Under the pieces are notes generated by a model. The model saw nothing but the letters and a program-made list of their open reading frames with translations. It did no database searches and had not been told where the DNA came from. A stretch of 64,000 bases of DNA, taken from contig JAQGDQ010000388.1 in NCBI GenBank assembly GCA_030141605.1, forward strand, positions 124,001 through 188,000. The letters run 5' to 3'. Origin of the DNA: Tubiluchus corallicola. Lineage: Eukaryota; Animalia; Priapulida. Shown piece by piece: positions 12,787-26,300 of the stretch (the first letter of the stretch is position 1; each line of letters begins with the position of its first letter). The position numbers and the translations under genes are program-made.

Positions 12787-14478
12787 CTTTTTTGAGTTTT
12801 TACTACCTCGTGGCCTTCCTCTAGGCCTTTTTGGCTTTGGTTCTGCAGTTTCCTATATAAAAATATATTTCTTGAAAAGTTTTGCATCTTACTAAACTAA
12901 AGAATAATATCAACATCAACATTTTAAAATCATCAAGTATTATATCATATCAACCTTGCCATACCATATTTATTGGCATAAGATATGCCTAAAATACAGC
13001 ATAAAATGTGTTGATTTTTTTTATATATTTCATATACCTATCAATGTCAGCTTAAAAGGAAATTAATATTTCCTGTTGCTGCAGTTGAAGATTAGTTCTT
13101 GTAGTAACTTCAGGCCGTATTTAAAAACAAAGACAGATAGGACTGTGTATTTAAAACAGTTAGTGGTGTTTACAGTAAATTAGATCTGAGCTTGTGCACA
13201 ATTGAAACAGTTGGAAAGGGTTAAAGGTTCAACAACACTTGCCTCAATTTTTGATCAGCGTGTTTAATTAATATTGATCTAAAATGCTAGTACCATTATT
13301 ATACACTTAATTTCGCAAAAGCCCTAATAGCTAACCTTTACACTGAAGCTGTTTCGCATGCTACAAAGTTCAATATTTTGAATTTAGGAAACGTTCAAAG
13401 TACAAGTTTCAACTTATTAACAAAGCCAGGTTTTCCAAATGGGATTATCGACTCAAGATTTTAAGCCTTTTACACAGAGAGGCACACGAGCAAGAGCACG
13501 CCATTTCAACTCAAAGGGTTAAAATACCGAAAGACTTAAATACGTGTTCTTAAACTTACCAAGAATAAATTTCGAACATAGATGCAAAAGATTTTGATAC
13601 GCGCTTGATGTGAGTTTCCAATAATTAAACCAAACTATACACAAAAACAAAAGCTCTTATTTGGCCTACTTGACAGGCTTACTCAGGTCGTGTTAAGTAA
13701 AATTTAACAATGAGTTTTTCAATACATTTTTCTAGACATCGATGTCGAACAGTTGAAATGAAGTATTTACAATGTCAATGTACTCAGAATTAAAAAAAAG
13801 CTCGAAAATTAATGATAGCCGTTCAATAATACCAGGTTTGGTGCTAGATGCATGTACATAAAACGCAAGCAACAATGTGGGAAATTCAAACTCACAAATG
13901 TTTTGCTAGTACAGGCCTACTATGATTAAATTGAAAATACTCGACCTAGTTAGAAAGTTTTAGTGCTAAGAAGAACAATACGTTAAAAGTATTAAAAATA
14001 TTTCATCCTTCTGTACTATATAAACAGTTAAACTAAAGCAAAAGTTAAGTAACGGTTACGAAAACTGAAGAACAGTCGCAAAAGTGATTCTCACAAAACC
14101 CCTCAAAATGAAATTCTTTATTTCAGTACCCGTTCAGATAGGCCGTTATCTATCACAATCAATCATCATGTTTGGTGTTGTTCGGTGTGAGATAACAACA
14201 CTACAGTAAGTTACTAGTTTGCCATCGCCAAATAAACATTCTTTTTGTAGCCAAGAATTGACATAATATCTAGGCCTGTAAACCTACACAAATAGGCCTG
14301 TTATCCACTTACTGTCGCAGTGTCAGTTAGCACCACTCTTATGTCTATGTGATTCTAATCTTACCTCAACAGGCCGCTTTCGTGGCCGCCCTCGTCCCTT
14401 TTTTGGTGGCGTCGTTTCCTCAGCTGGACCCGCAGATGGACCAGGCTTTTCTTCTGAAGGGCCAGCTTTTTCCGACAT
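12787..14478 (-). CDS. HMGA: HMGA-family AT-hook protein, first two coding exons (3' part unresolved)
   Basis: Exon 14478-14365 encodes MSEKAGPSEEKPGPSAGPAEETTPPKKGRGRPRKRPVE|gtaag. Exon 12852-12787 is tatag|ETAEPKPKRPRGRPRGSKNSKK|gtaag. Both junctions are phase 0. Two RGRP AT-hooks, with the HMGA-typical KRPRGRPxGSKN second hook. Confidence 0.88.
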
Positions 14479-15445
14479 GTTAGTCCACACACACAATGGC
14501 CGAAGAGCTGCTGCTGGCCAGTCCACTCACCCAATCACCGACACGAAAATCAATTTCCCTGAATCAGTGCGAATGGTAATTATTATTTCTCCGGCATACA
14601 TCCCACATTTCGCTGTCATAAAACACGTGTTTAAATCCGGTGCAGAAACAACACTGATTTCTGAGGATCTTTGAAAAGAGAAGATCGCACGTTTTCCGGA
14701 TCGCACACCACGATCTCGGGCATTAACTCTTCCCTATTAGCCGCTACTAGATCATGAAGAAAAAAACGTGTGTCCTCCCACCGTGCACAGGATGATATGA
14801 ATTACATTGGCAATGTGTGCCGCAGACTGCAGCAGTAGCAGCTGACCAGAGCTGAATTTTGCTGTTGACAGCGAACGCTGGGTGATCACCGATAGATGTC
14901 ACCACCAGCCAATCTGTATTAGAATACCTTTATATTTACTGCGTAAAAGAGTGCCGACAACTATTAAATTTTTTTGTCATAACGAAATGTTACGTCATCA
15001 CAAATCACATCATAATTAAGTAGGACTACTACAATAAAAGCTAATTGCAATAAAAGTTTAATTGTTAATAACCTAAGTGTGAAATAATCAAGAACTCGAG
15101 AAGGGAATAGCAGGTTTTTCCTAGATAATTTTGAGCTCATTTTATAATATGCCGCCCGCATGCACGCACCGGGCCAAAAAGTTAGCGTACCTAACTTACG
15201 GAATATTAATGCTAAAACTTAATTGTAATTATATGAGACTACTTCAGTTATGCTTTTAATTAGTATCATTTTCTTTATATCAGCTTAAAGTGATAGCAAG
15301 TGTAGCTTTTACTTTCATTAAGTTAGCCCGATCGCATCTTTCAATGTACTGATCGTTATATACATAGATTTTTCTGGGCATTTTATAGCGCTAAATTTAT
15401 AAAAGTTTAAAAGTTTCTTTTATTTTAAATTTGGGTAACAGACAG

Positions 15446-15813
<368 letters not shown>

Positions 15814-17862
15814 GACCAGTGCCCGTGCCACACTACTACTACTATATTACTACAAGTACTACATATACACAAGGGGCTATAGGCTTCGAGAAATTGTCTT
15901 CTGTGTTTGTACTTTACTGTATTAAAATGTAGTTTAAAGATATGGTATTGTCACGCTCACCGGCAAAAAATATGGACACAGAAATGGATTTGGTTTTATA
16001 GATAATTATAGATGTAAATAGAGTATAACATATTTGCAATTTGATGCATTTTACATAATTCTCTCGTGCCAACTTGCCAAATCAATAAGCCTCAATCTTT
16101 CTTCAAATTAACCAAATTCGTATATAAAAATGCCCAAGTTGTTATAATTATAATAATTTATTTTGGCCGCAGTCTCCATTAGAAATTGATCGTGATCCTA
16201 ATCTATAAAAAGGTAGTCATTGTGTGGCTTTTGTTGTTCTAGTTGTTAGTGATAGTGACAGAGATACGTTATCAAACTGCAGATATAGGAATGATGATCT
16301 CTGAAGCCATATACTCAAGGTAAGATAAAATGTAGCCCCACAAAGTTGGTGTTTTAGTGTTTTAGTTTTGGAGTTAGGGTTATAAGGACGCGCTTGTTTT
16401 CAGGTAGGACGAAATTGCTTACTGCTTACGTGTATATTTTTTGATACATTGACAATATCAGTTTTTAAACTAAGTTGTTAATACAGTAAAGTACAGATAT
16501 AAAAATATTAAAAGTGCTTATAGTGCTGAGAGTAAGAGTGACAGAGTGGAAGAGAGAGAGAGGGAAATTTTCTAATATTTGATAGAAAATATTTAAATTG
16601 CACTTGCGACAAGAGTGCCACTACTGTACGTGTTACTATTATGCTTTAGTTCAATTTTGTTTCTTATTTCTATGCGTGACATCTAAATTTATGCTCTTTT
16701 GTAACTGTATAATTGTCTAGCATGTTTTCTAAGATGTCTTATATCGTGCCAGATATTTTAAATTAGTAAGATTTCTATACCGAACGGTAATTTTGTTTAT
16801 GTAAACTTCCTTTGTTTTATTAATAAAAGACGATTTATTTATTTTAATTGTTATTTCAGCTCATAGATAAGCCATAAATTATACAATAATTACTAAAAAA
16901 ACTAATTATAAAACATAAAATTACAATTTGCAGTAAAATGAGAGGAGAGCATTAAAATATTTACATAAATGACACAAGTACATCAAAATTTCATTCCAAT
17001 GGACAAAAATTTATTGGAGCATATAAAACATCGCTATTGTAAATTATATGTTTTAATAAACCATAACAAGAGTTGAAAACACGGCATCTAGGATTTGAAA
17101 TAATGCTTAAAGTTCATGCATTTTTTGCTCATGGGTAATTTCAATTTAGATTTATCATAGTAGATATTGATATAGATATTACATTTTAGTAACTGGGCCA
17201 ATCGTACTATTACCAAAGTGTAAAAAGAGCGATTTAACTATTGCGCGTATTTCGTTTGCGATTAACGGCTACGCTGGCGGCATCAAACGGCGGATGATTA
17301 AAAAATTTTGAGCGGCGCATTAACTATAATAACATTATTATTAAGTTCACCAATAATGTTGGCATACGCGCAATTTCGATAAGCCAAAATCACTTTTGCG
17401 TTTTTAATAAAAGAAGAATATCTCAATTAAAAGCAATAATTAGTTTAAAAAACTGAAAACATTTCATGAAAAGGAACAAAATTGTGGCAATAACTTTGTA
17501 TTATGTACTTGCAAATACTTCTTCAGTTTTCTTGTAAGTAAAATTTTATTGTTCTTCCTGAGGAAAGAGGCTAGCTGACTGTGTGATGGGCTGCCAACTA
17601 TGTAAAAAAGTAATGCATTCTTTATTGATTTATTGTTTTTCTCTCCCTCCCTCTTTTAGAGAGAAAGAGAGGAGGGAGAGACAGAGAAAGAGAGAGGGAG
17701 AGGAAGAGAATCAAGGAAGGAATCAATTAATTTAAGCTCATCAATAGATAATATTTATCAAGAATTGTCAGTGGATTTAGCCACAAGTGTTTTATTAGTA
17801 CGCTTATACAAGTAAATTTTTTACACGTAAACAAACTGTATTTAATGAACATTTATTTTGAC

Positions 17863-18045
17863 GTAAGTCTAACTGAATCTTAAAAAAATTAGGCTAAATA
17901 TAAGTGACGTCTACACATGATATATAAGGTGTTATGCACGCCTGCCAATTCTAAGTAAGTCTAACTGAATCTTAAAAAATAGGCTAAATATAAGTGACGT
18001 CTACCCATGATATATAAGATGTTATGATCCGCGTGCAGATTCTAA
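17863..18045. repeat. Tandem duplication of a ~91-bp unit
   Basis: gtaagtctaactgaatctt...tataagtgacgtctac...ttctaa begins at 17863 and again at 17955, with few differences. Confidence 0.9.
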
Positions 18046-18939
18046 TTTATGTGCCAGGTTGGCTTCTCACCCGAATTCTGTAACTTGATTTTGACCTAGT
18101 TAGTTGGTTGTTATAGAGGTGGAAATGATGTCGGTTGCTTAGGATGACAGCTCTGATGTTTCGTTTTGTTATTTTTTCTTCACTGATAATAAAAAAGAGG
18201 AGTAATGTCGTAAATGCATCTCTGTTTCATCTCTGATTTTATAGCCAACTCCAACTCATAACAAAGGTCAATGTATGATTATATGCTTTTTAAACATCTT
18301 TTAACTTGGAATTAACAAAACATGCAGATGCTTAGATTAAGTTTTGTTCTGGAAAGAATATTTTGCTCTTCTGAAAAAATCGATTTTTTTCTATGAAAGG
18401 TATTACACATGAAAGTCGGGCCTATATATTTATAAGTTATATTTCCCGATAAGAACATATTAAATAGGAATGTTTTTTAGAAGAAATATTTCTCCAGAAA
18501 TAGAATACTACATGAGCCAGGTATTTGCAAGCTTTCTTTCTGATCAACTTTCTTAACTTCTTTTGTAAATAAGCCTATTAATTTTCATGATATATGATTA
18601 TAATAGTTTTTATTTTAACTACTAATTATTCTTAATGTCTTATGCTTGCTTTATATAATATTCAAAGTGGACTTGTAACAAATGGTACAAAACCATGTTA
18701 TAATTATCTGGCTGCATCCTTGGGAAATTTAAAAAGATGTTTTCATTTGTGTTTTCGCGACTCATTGCTGGCTTTGGTGGTCTCATCAATTCATCTGCTA
18801 CAGTACACACAGCTTGCGCTATAGAGTCATGATAACAACAGCCGCACTGCTGTGCCGCTAGGGCGACACTAACTGCGCGAACTACTGCGCAGAAGGACTT
18901 TCCCTACTTTATTGTGTATACTTTGCTACTACTACAGTA

Positions 18940-19119
18940 AACGAGTCACATGACCAAGTGGCGGGAAGGTTTCTCCATCGACTCGGTGACGTAATGACGT
19001 ATTTTCCGAATTTGGTAAAGCGTGCCGTGTGCAAAAACCACGTGCACCCATAACTCACGTAAGAAGTTGTAAGGGAAGAAGTACGCTTTGGATTTTTGCT
19101 CCTTTTTCGTCCACATCAG
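18940..19119 (+). promoter_or_regulatory. CNBP promoter and short non-coding first exon with a TCT/5'TOP-like start
   Basis: GTCACATGAC (~18945), tandem TGACGT CRE-like sites (18987, 18995), CACGTG E-box (19039), pyrimidine tract CTCCTTTTTC (~19099) followed by donor CAG|GTAATT at 19120, and YY1-like AATGGCGGC at ~19293 in intron 1. Confidence 0.6.
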
Positions 19120-20399
19120 GTAATTTTTTTCATCTTATTCAGTATCCATTGCTAACGGCATATTCGTCCGGTTATATTGGTATGTATTTTATGTCACTTT
19201 CGCTTGTATTTGCTGCTTAACTATGTGGGAGAAATTTTGCAAGTCACCGGTACAGTAACAACTTGCGTTTGTGGAGGTGATTGACCAAATCTAATGGCGG
19301 CTGTTATATTGCGTGTCAGAAAATTTGATGAATCAGACGTTCAGTCCTGCTTGTTTACAGAAAACGTTTATTGCTATATAATTATTTCAAATAATAATTA
19401 GATAACATACGTTTATAAATAGTTCAGGATTTTTATTGATGGGGAAATAAACTATTAAACATGCTACAGCATTTTGCTTGCAGTAATTAGAAAACTTGAC
19501 GCCAGGGAAAATGTTGTAACTTTGTTGAGATATTTTTGGCAGAACTTGAGATTTTGAACTATAATGTTTTTTAATTTGAAGTATGATAGTGAATTAGTTG
19601 CAAAATTACCATGTTAGATTTTCTTTCTGAATTTTTACTGACGGAAAAAACTTGATACATTGTGCCTGCAGTGTAAAACTTCGCACCAAGGAAGTGTTAT
19701 AACTTTGTTTAGCAGAACTTGAGATTATAAACTATACTGCTTGTTTTATTTGAAGTAAGATGGAGGGCTGTAAGGCCGTAAGTTTTTAAAGTCTTCCGGT
19801 TGTTTATAGATTCGAGTAGAATTCAATCAAATTGCATTATAAACACAAAACAAATTTCGAAGAAATGGGCATGTGTTATTTGTGTGAATATGGGAAACCT
19901 TTTCACAAACGTATTGCTGTTCTTTGCAAGCTGACCCAAAAGTTTGTCTTGGCAACTGCAAAAACTAAATAAAAAGACGTAGTGGGTGCTCGAATTATAT
20001 TAAAAAATAAAAGTCGGAAAACTTCTTCCAAGGTCGTGAAGTCCCTAAGTCTGGTTGATAAAGAGTTGCCAGCTTGCTGTTCAAGTTTAAGGTAAACTCA
20101 TTTGATAAGACCTTTTGTTACTTTCAAAATATGTTTACTTATTTGTTGAGTGGCATTTATTTATTGTAGGTTTTTTACACATGTTGTTTTGGCTCTATTT
20201 GTTTATTTAGGTAATTTCTATTTCATGTCAGAAATCGATTGAAATTTCTTTTTTTCTTTTAAGTGTTTAAGTTTCTTTAAATTTGAGTTAAGATTGGTGT
20301 TGTAAAATAATTTACTAAAATAGGCGTGTGGTTTTATGTAGCTTGATATTGCGAATAAAAAGTAGGAAATTATTTTTTTATAGGTTTAAAGTCACCATC

Positions 20400-23300
20400 A
20401 TGAGTGATAGCTGCTACAAATGTGGAAAGTCAGGACACTTTGCTCGTGAATGTCGTGATGGCGGAGGGGGCGGCGGCGGCAGAGGTCGTGGACGAGGGGG
20501 CTCAACTACTTACTCGCGCGGCGGTGGCCGTGGCGGGGGTGGATACAGAGGAGGCGGAGGAGGTAATTGTAGCTTTAAGTGATTGAGAAGAGTGTTTGTA
20601 ACAATTGGATTCACTATAATTTTGACACAAAATCACTTGTAAGAAACTTTGGCTTCCAAAAGTCCTAAGTGCGTTAAGCTTGTTTCAGTGTTACCGAAAC
20701 CTTTAACAGTATTTCCATTTTTTTAATCAAGATGTTTTGCTCTAAAATTTAAAATCCACTCATTTTTGAATGCAGCTCAGAAACTTAACCCCCCTAAAGT
20801 TTTATATAGCTGCGTAAATATAATGAAATTACTGTTATTTGTTTACCAACTTTATGTTACAAGTAGCAAACTTCAACGTTTACACCCAAGCATTTTTATA
20901 CCTGCAGCCATTTTAATGAGTCTTTATCTACTAAGAAACTGAAGCAAGTTTTGTTGACACCAATGGCTTCTTTTTATAATTTTTGGATCGTCCTTGAACT
21001 TTTGGTTTGAGAGATGACAATTTATGCGTTGTAAGCTATTAGTAAGAATTTTCTTCTTTTTTGAAGATTTTTTCAAATGTATTTTAAAATTTGCCGATTT
21101 TCCATTTAATTAATGTGCTTCTATCCAAAATGGTTTGTACTTTAGCAGTTAATGATACATAGTGGGCACTAGTTAGGAAATGGTAACTGCATGATTATGA
21201 TGTAATGTGGGGCATATTTCTGTAGGTTGTGGATCATATGGCCATCTAATTTAAGAAATGTTTAAACTAATTTCACCGTGAAGAAACCTGGGCAGGGTTA
21301 GAAATTAAAGCTTACCACCCTTTTGTAAGACTAGACATGACAAAGCCCGTTGAGATAAATATAAAGGACTTCGCTTTTGGTTTTAAATGTTTTCTTATTA
21401 GGGCAGAGAATTTTGTCCTTAAAAAACTGCAAGAAAAACACATGCATTTGGTAGCGACTGTGTTTACGACTGTATTTAGGAATATTAATGTATCGTATAT
21501 ACTCGCATATAAGCCGACCCCCTAAAACTGCTTTAAAATGGCCAGTTTTTGCAAAAACCCGTATATAAGCCGACCATCAACTTGTCTAATTTTACTCCAT
21601 ACCCAATCAACAAAATTGATCCCTTTTTGTCACATTTTGTTAATTGGGTATTTATTGGTTCATAGAGATTTTTTACTGTAAAGATGTAAAATGCTAACTT
21701 TTATGTTACATACTAGAAGAAATAGAAGAAATTGTACATTTTGATATGAATAAAGAAGAAAATATTTTGTTTTCTATTTATTCACAAAAAATTATAACAT
21801 TTCTGTTTATAATTTAACGTAGTGTTCTTAAAAATAATTAGTGTGCAATTTTCGTTCTCTGTCTCAAACTTATAGAATGTCTGTTCAGAAAACGTGTACA
21901 CCAACCGTTATCTAATGAATACAAAAAGCAGACATTTATTGAAATGTGAATTTTTTCTAAAAAAAAGTGGGTGGACGGCGATCCCCCTCCAATACACCAC
22001 TGGTGACACACAACCAAATAAAGAGTCAGATAGCGATGAAAATGTGTGGCTGGAAAATTGGCATTAGTGTCTGTCCTTGTGTTCATTTTGTTTCATGCGC
22101 ATATAAGCCGACCCCCTGATTTCAGTATTCTATTTTATAGTTCTAAATTCGGCTTATATGCGAGTATATACGGTACAGTGATATTCGAAAAAAAATTGGA
22201 ATTTAACTAAAAGCGAATCTCCTTTGACAAACTGCACAATTTCGAACCCTGCTGCACTTAGCGTTCAGTAATATCTCATTAGCAAATGGGCTGCATCGAG
22301 TGAGCTTGATAAAATAAACCAATGTTTACTGCAAATGAGACATAAACTATACATATTTTAATGGCTAAAGCTATCTGCCATTTTTGCAAACTGTAAATGT
22401 TCGAAAGTAGAGAATGTCAAGCATTCGGTGCATCCCTCGTAACGACTGTCGTCTGCCTCCTTCAGATCGTTGCTACAAGTGCAGCAAGATTGGACATTTT
22501 GCACGGGACTGTCCCGAAGAGAGCGACCGCTGTTATAAGTGCAACACGTTCGGCCACATTGCCAAAAACTGTCCAAAGGGTGATGCGGAAGCAGGTAGGC
22601 GGGGCGTGTGTGCTATAGGTTGCTGCACAGTGGCTTCTTTTTGGTTTAAGCCTGTAACCAATTCTGTGCTGCTGTTGAACGTTTGTCTTTTTCAGACATC
22701 ACTGTTTGTGCTACCTCTTCCTTATGCTTCCACTCTGACATTCTCTGTAGTGGTGGGCAGAATCTCAACACCTATTTGTCAATTGTTTGATTGTGTAATT
22801 GTACAAGTCTTTGTTGGGCAGTCTTTTTTGTCTAGCTAGCTTGTCGATTACAGTTAATAGTTTGTACCCACTTTGTTTAGTGCTCACACATTTAGAGAAA
22901 CTACTAACTTAGTGCTAAGCTAATAAACAGTTATTAGTAATTGTTGTTAATCTTGCTGGTTTGGTTGCTTTGACAAAAAATTTTTGCATGAATGTTTGGC
23001 TTGCTACTTGCAGTGGTTCATGTGCAGAAGGCGGCTTGGAGAATATAATCATTTTCACAGTTTCAGCAATTAATGATGATTGTGAAAGGTCAGAGGTTAA
23101 GTGTACTATACAATGCATTTGTGTACACTTGACAATGCTCACAGTCCATGCTATTGTAATAGTAATCGTTTTAATATGTTTTAATAGCTAGTTAGAACTA
23201 CCTAGTTCATTTTTTCTTGTTCCCAAGCAAAATTATGCTAATAAGTCCATGTAAAACAACTAAAGTTACTGAACTGAGGCAGCAGACTGCTTTGCTTTAT

Positions 23301-26300
23301 CCACAAGTCAAGTTGATGCTTGTAGTTAAGATAAGCTGCTATGATACACTTAACCTTTGCCCTACAGCGACTGCGCGTACACACAACGAAGATATGAAAA
23401 AGCTTATTAAGTGGGGGGAGGCTACTAAATTCATTTTCATTGGTTAATCTCCATTCTTGGCTGATATTGGTGGTGGTTAGCACTTTTCTTGTCTAAAAAA
23501 TATTTGACATGTGCATATCAAATGGTTTTCGTGCATCTCTCACATTACTGCTCAAAGTAAGGGAACGTTCTTATAAAAAAACGGAAAATTGGATGCAGTG
23601 TTATTTGTGTGTGCACTGATTTAGAACAAGTACACGAGAATGCTGCTTGCGTGCTATAAAGACCATTTTATTACAATGCCAAACAGTTTCTCTGATACAT
23701 AGTTGTTCACACAGTGCACATAAGTTGTAGAGTTTTTGCAAAATGGTTGAATTTTGGGACCCTATTGATTAACTTTCTTATTCTAATATTTTTCCTTTCT
23801 GTGCAGTGTATAGGATCATGTTTCTTTAAGTTTTTGTTCGTCAGTCATTTGGGCTCTGCTAGCTTTAAAATTCACTTGACTTCTAATGTCGCCCAGGTTT
23901 ACCACTTGCTAAAATGCTAACAATGCAGTTTTCTCGCTAAACCGTCATCAATAATGATTTTGATCCTAGAATGAAAGACACGTCTATAATTTTGTGATTA
24001 AAAAGCTATACTTTAAGATTTTAGCTGCATTTGTTTTGTTAAACAAACTTCTTTGCAAATGGAAAATGGCATTACCATTAATTAATGGCGTGATTGAATT
24101 TCCAACGTTAAATCATCGAGGTTGTTGACAAGCTTTATGTTTAGCTCGAAAATTGTCTTGGAATCCGGTTTCACAAAAGTGTTCTTTGCTTGCCTGCTCA
24201 ACTTTTGTGTTGTCTTCTAGGCTCATGTTACAACTGCGGTGAATCCGGCCACGTACAGAGAGATTGTCCCTCTGGAGGTGGCAAGAGCTGCTACAATTGC
24301 GGCAAAAGTGGACACATCTCCAGAGACTGTCCAGAACAGTCGGGAAGAGGAGGATCTCGCGATGTGGCGGTAAACATGTTATTTTGTGCTTACAGCTGTT
24401 TGATGTGTTTACGATTTTTAGTTTTGTCCATTGGAACTGAAACAAGTAGTTAGATTCAGTACAATAATATCATTGAAAGGCTAGATGGATAAATGAGATG
24501 ATATCACATTAATTAATAATCATTTGAATGCACAAGCATATGCAGGTGTGACTTGGTAAACACAGTTTCATTAACTTGACAAGAAACAAACTTGGTAAAT
24601 GTTAGTGGATCTTCACGATAAAGTACCTGGCTGCAATCTCTTATGTATGTTGCTGAGCGATATTAGCAGTACCTTCTTTGACTTTCGGCAAAATTAAACT
24701 AAATCGGTGCAGACACTTTCGATTTAAAACCAATTTTGTTTATAGCACAAATTCGTTATTGCAATAGAATTGTTTTAAACACCTTGAACTGTACTTACGT
24801 GGCATGATGAAAAGTAGGATTGACACATTTTTCGAGTGCAGCTGCCACTTAGCAGTTGTGATGAATAATAATTTCTGCCAAATGCTGAGTAGTTGGTTTT
24901 TAATAGGCTGTCCAGACCAAAAGATATAGCGAGTAGATAAACATTGATTTTATAGGAATTCTATTAAATGAACGAAAAGTGATGCTTGTGTAGAAAAGAA
25001 CTAACAAACGTGAAATGTTGTTGTGCAAATTCAAAACATAAAAAGCTTCGCTGAGCTGCTAGTATCGCTTACAAGTCCAAAGCGATTAGTAAAACTATTC
25101 TTCCCAATTTAGAAAATATTGCTGAAACATCCTAATTACAACTGAATATTCATTTACCTTTACGGCAAGAAAACGTAATGCTTAAAATGCTGATTATATA
25201 TTTTCAGTATTAATATTAATAAAACTAAGAATGGTATCTGATCAAATATTTATTAACTGGAGTGAGTAATTACTTGTGTAACATCAATGAAGTGACTGTC
25301 ATTGTTTAGGCTTTTTTGGATTTTAGTGTTACAATTGTGGGAAACTGGGACACATTTCCAGAGAATGCACAGAAGCAAGGGAGAGTCGCGGTGGCTCCGA
25401 CATAACAGTATGAAGTCTCTTTTATGCTATGCATTAATTTCGAAAGAATTTTTATACAATTCGACATTATAGATGCATTTAAAACTGCGGTCTGTTTCGT
25501 GTATCATGGCAGGACCTGATTTACACCTTGTTTAACGAATTAAGTAGTTGGTTAGAGCCAATTGTCCTGGTGTTCACCAGGCCGTTTTCTGACCAGGCTT
25601 GGCAATATCTAATTTGCAGACACACTGTGATAACTTTTCTCTGAAGTCTTTGTTGGTTTATCAGCTGACATTTGCGAAGTGTAGAGTACATTATTGTGAT
25701 AATTCATATAAATAGCCTTGCAGTAAATCATTTGATAGTAAGGTTAGGTCTGCATTAGCTGATGTTAGCTTTTTCAATTATCAACATCTGGTTTGGTATA
25801 GGCATATTAAAGACAATGAGTTGTTTGGTCATGTCTAATAATTTTTTTGGCCATATAATTTTTGTCTGGAACCTTGGTGCTGCGGTGTCTATCCGTTTGG
25901 ATAATAGAGCAATCTCACATTTTTTCAGTGCTACAAGTGCGGCAAAACTGGTCACATGGCCCGCAACTGCTCGGACCGTGATGGAGAGGGCGACACTCGA
26001 AGATGTTACACATGCGACCAGCCAGGACACATTTCACGCGATTGTCCAGAGGCCGGTAGCAATGATACTTGCTACAGGTAGGGGGTAAGGGTCATTTTAT
26101 TGCATTCTCTTCCTTCATTATTCCGATCTTTCCTCTTCAAGGACTGACACCTGTCTTTAGGCCTAATCTCTTTTTGTTGCCCAAAATGTGTTTAGAATTT
26201 GGTACGGTTAGTATCATGCAGTCTCGCACAATTTTGTTTCTTCGCATGCTGCACAAAGAAGCTGTATTCTTTGTGCAGAACCATAAAAGAATTTGGTTCT

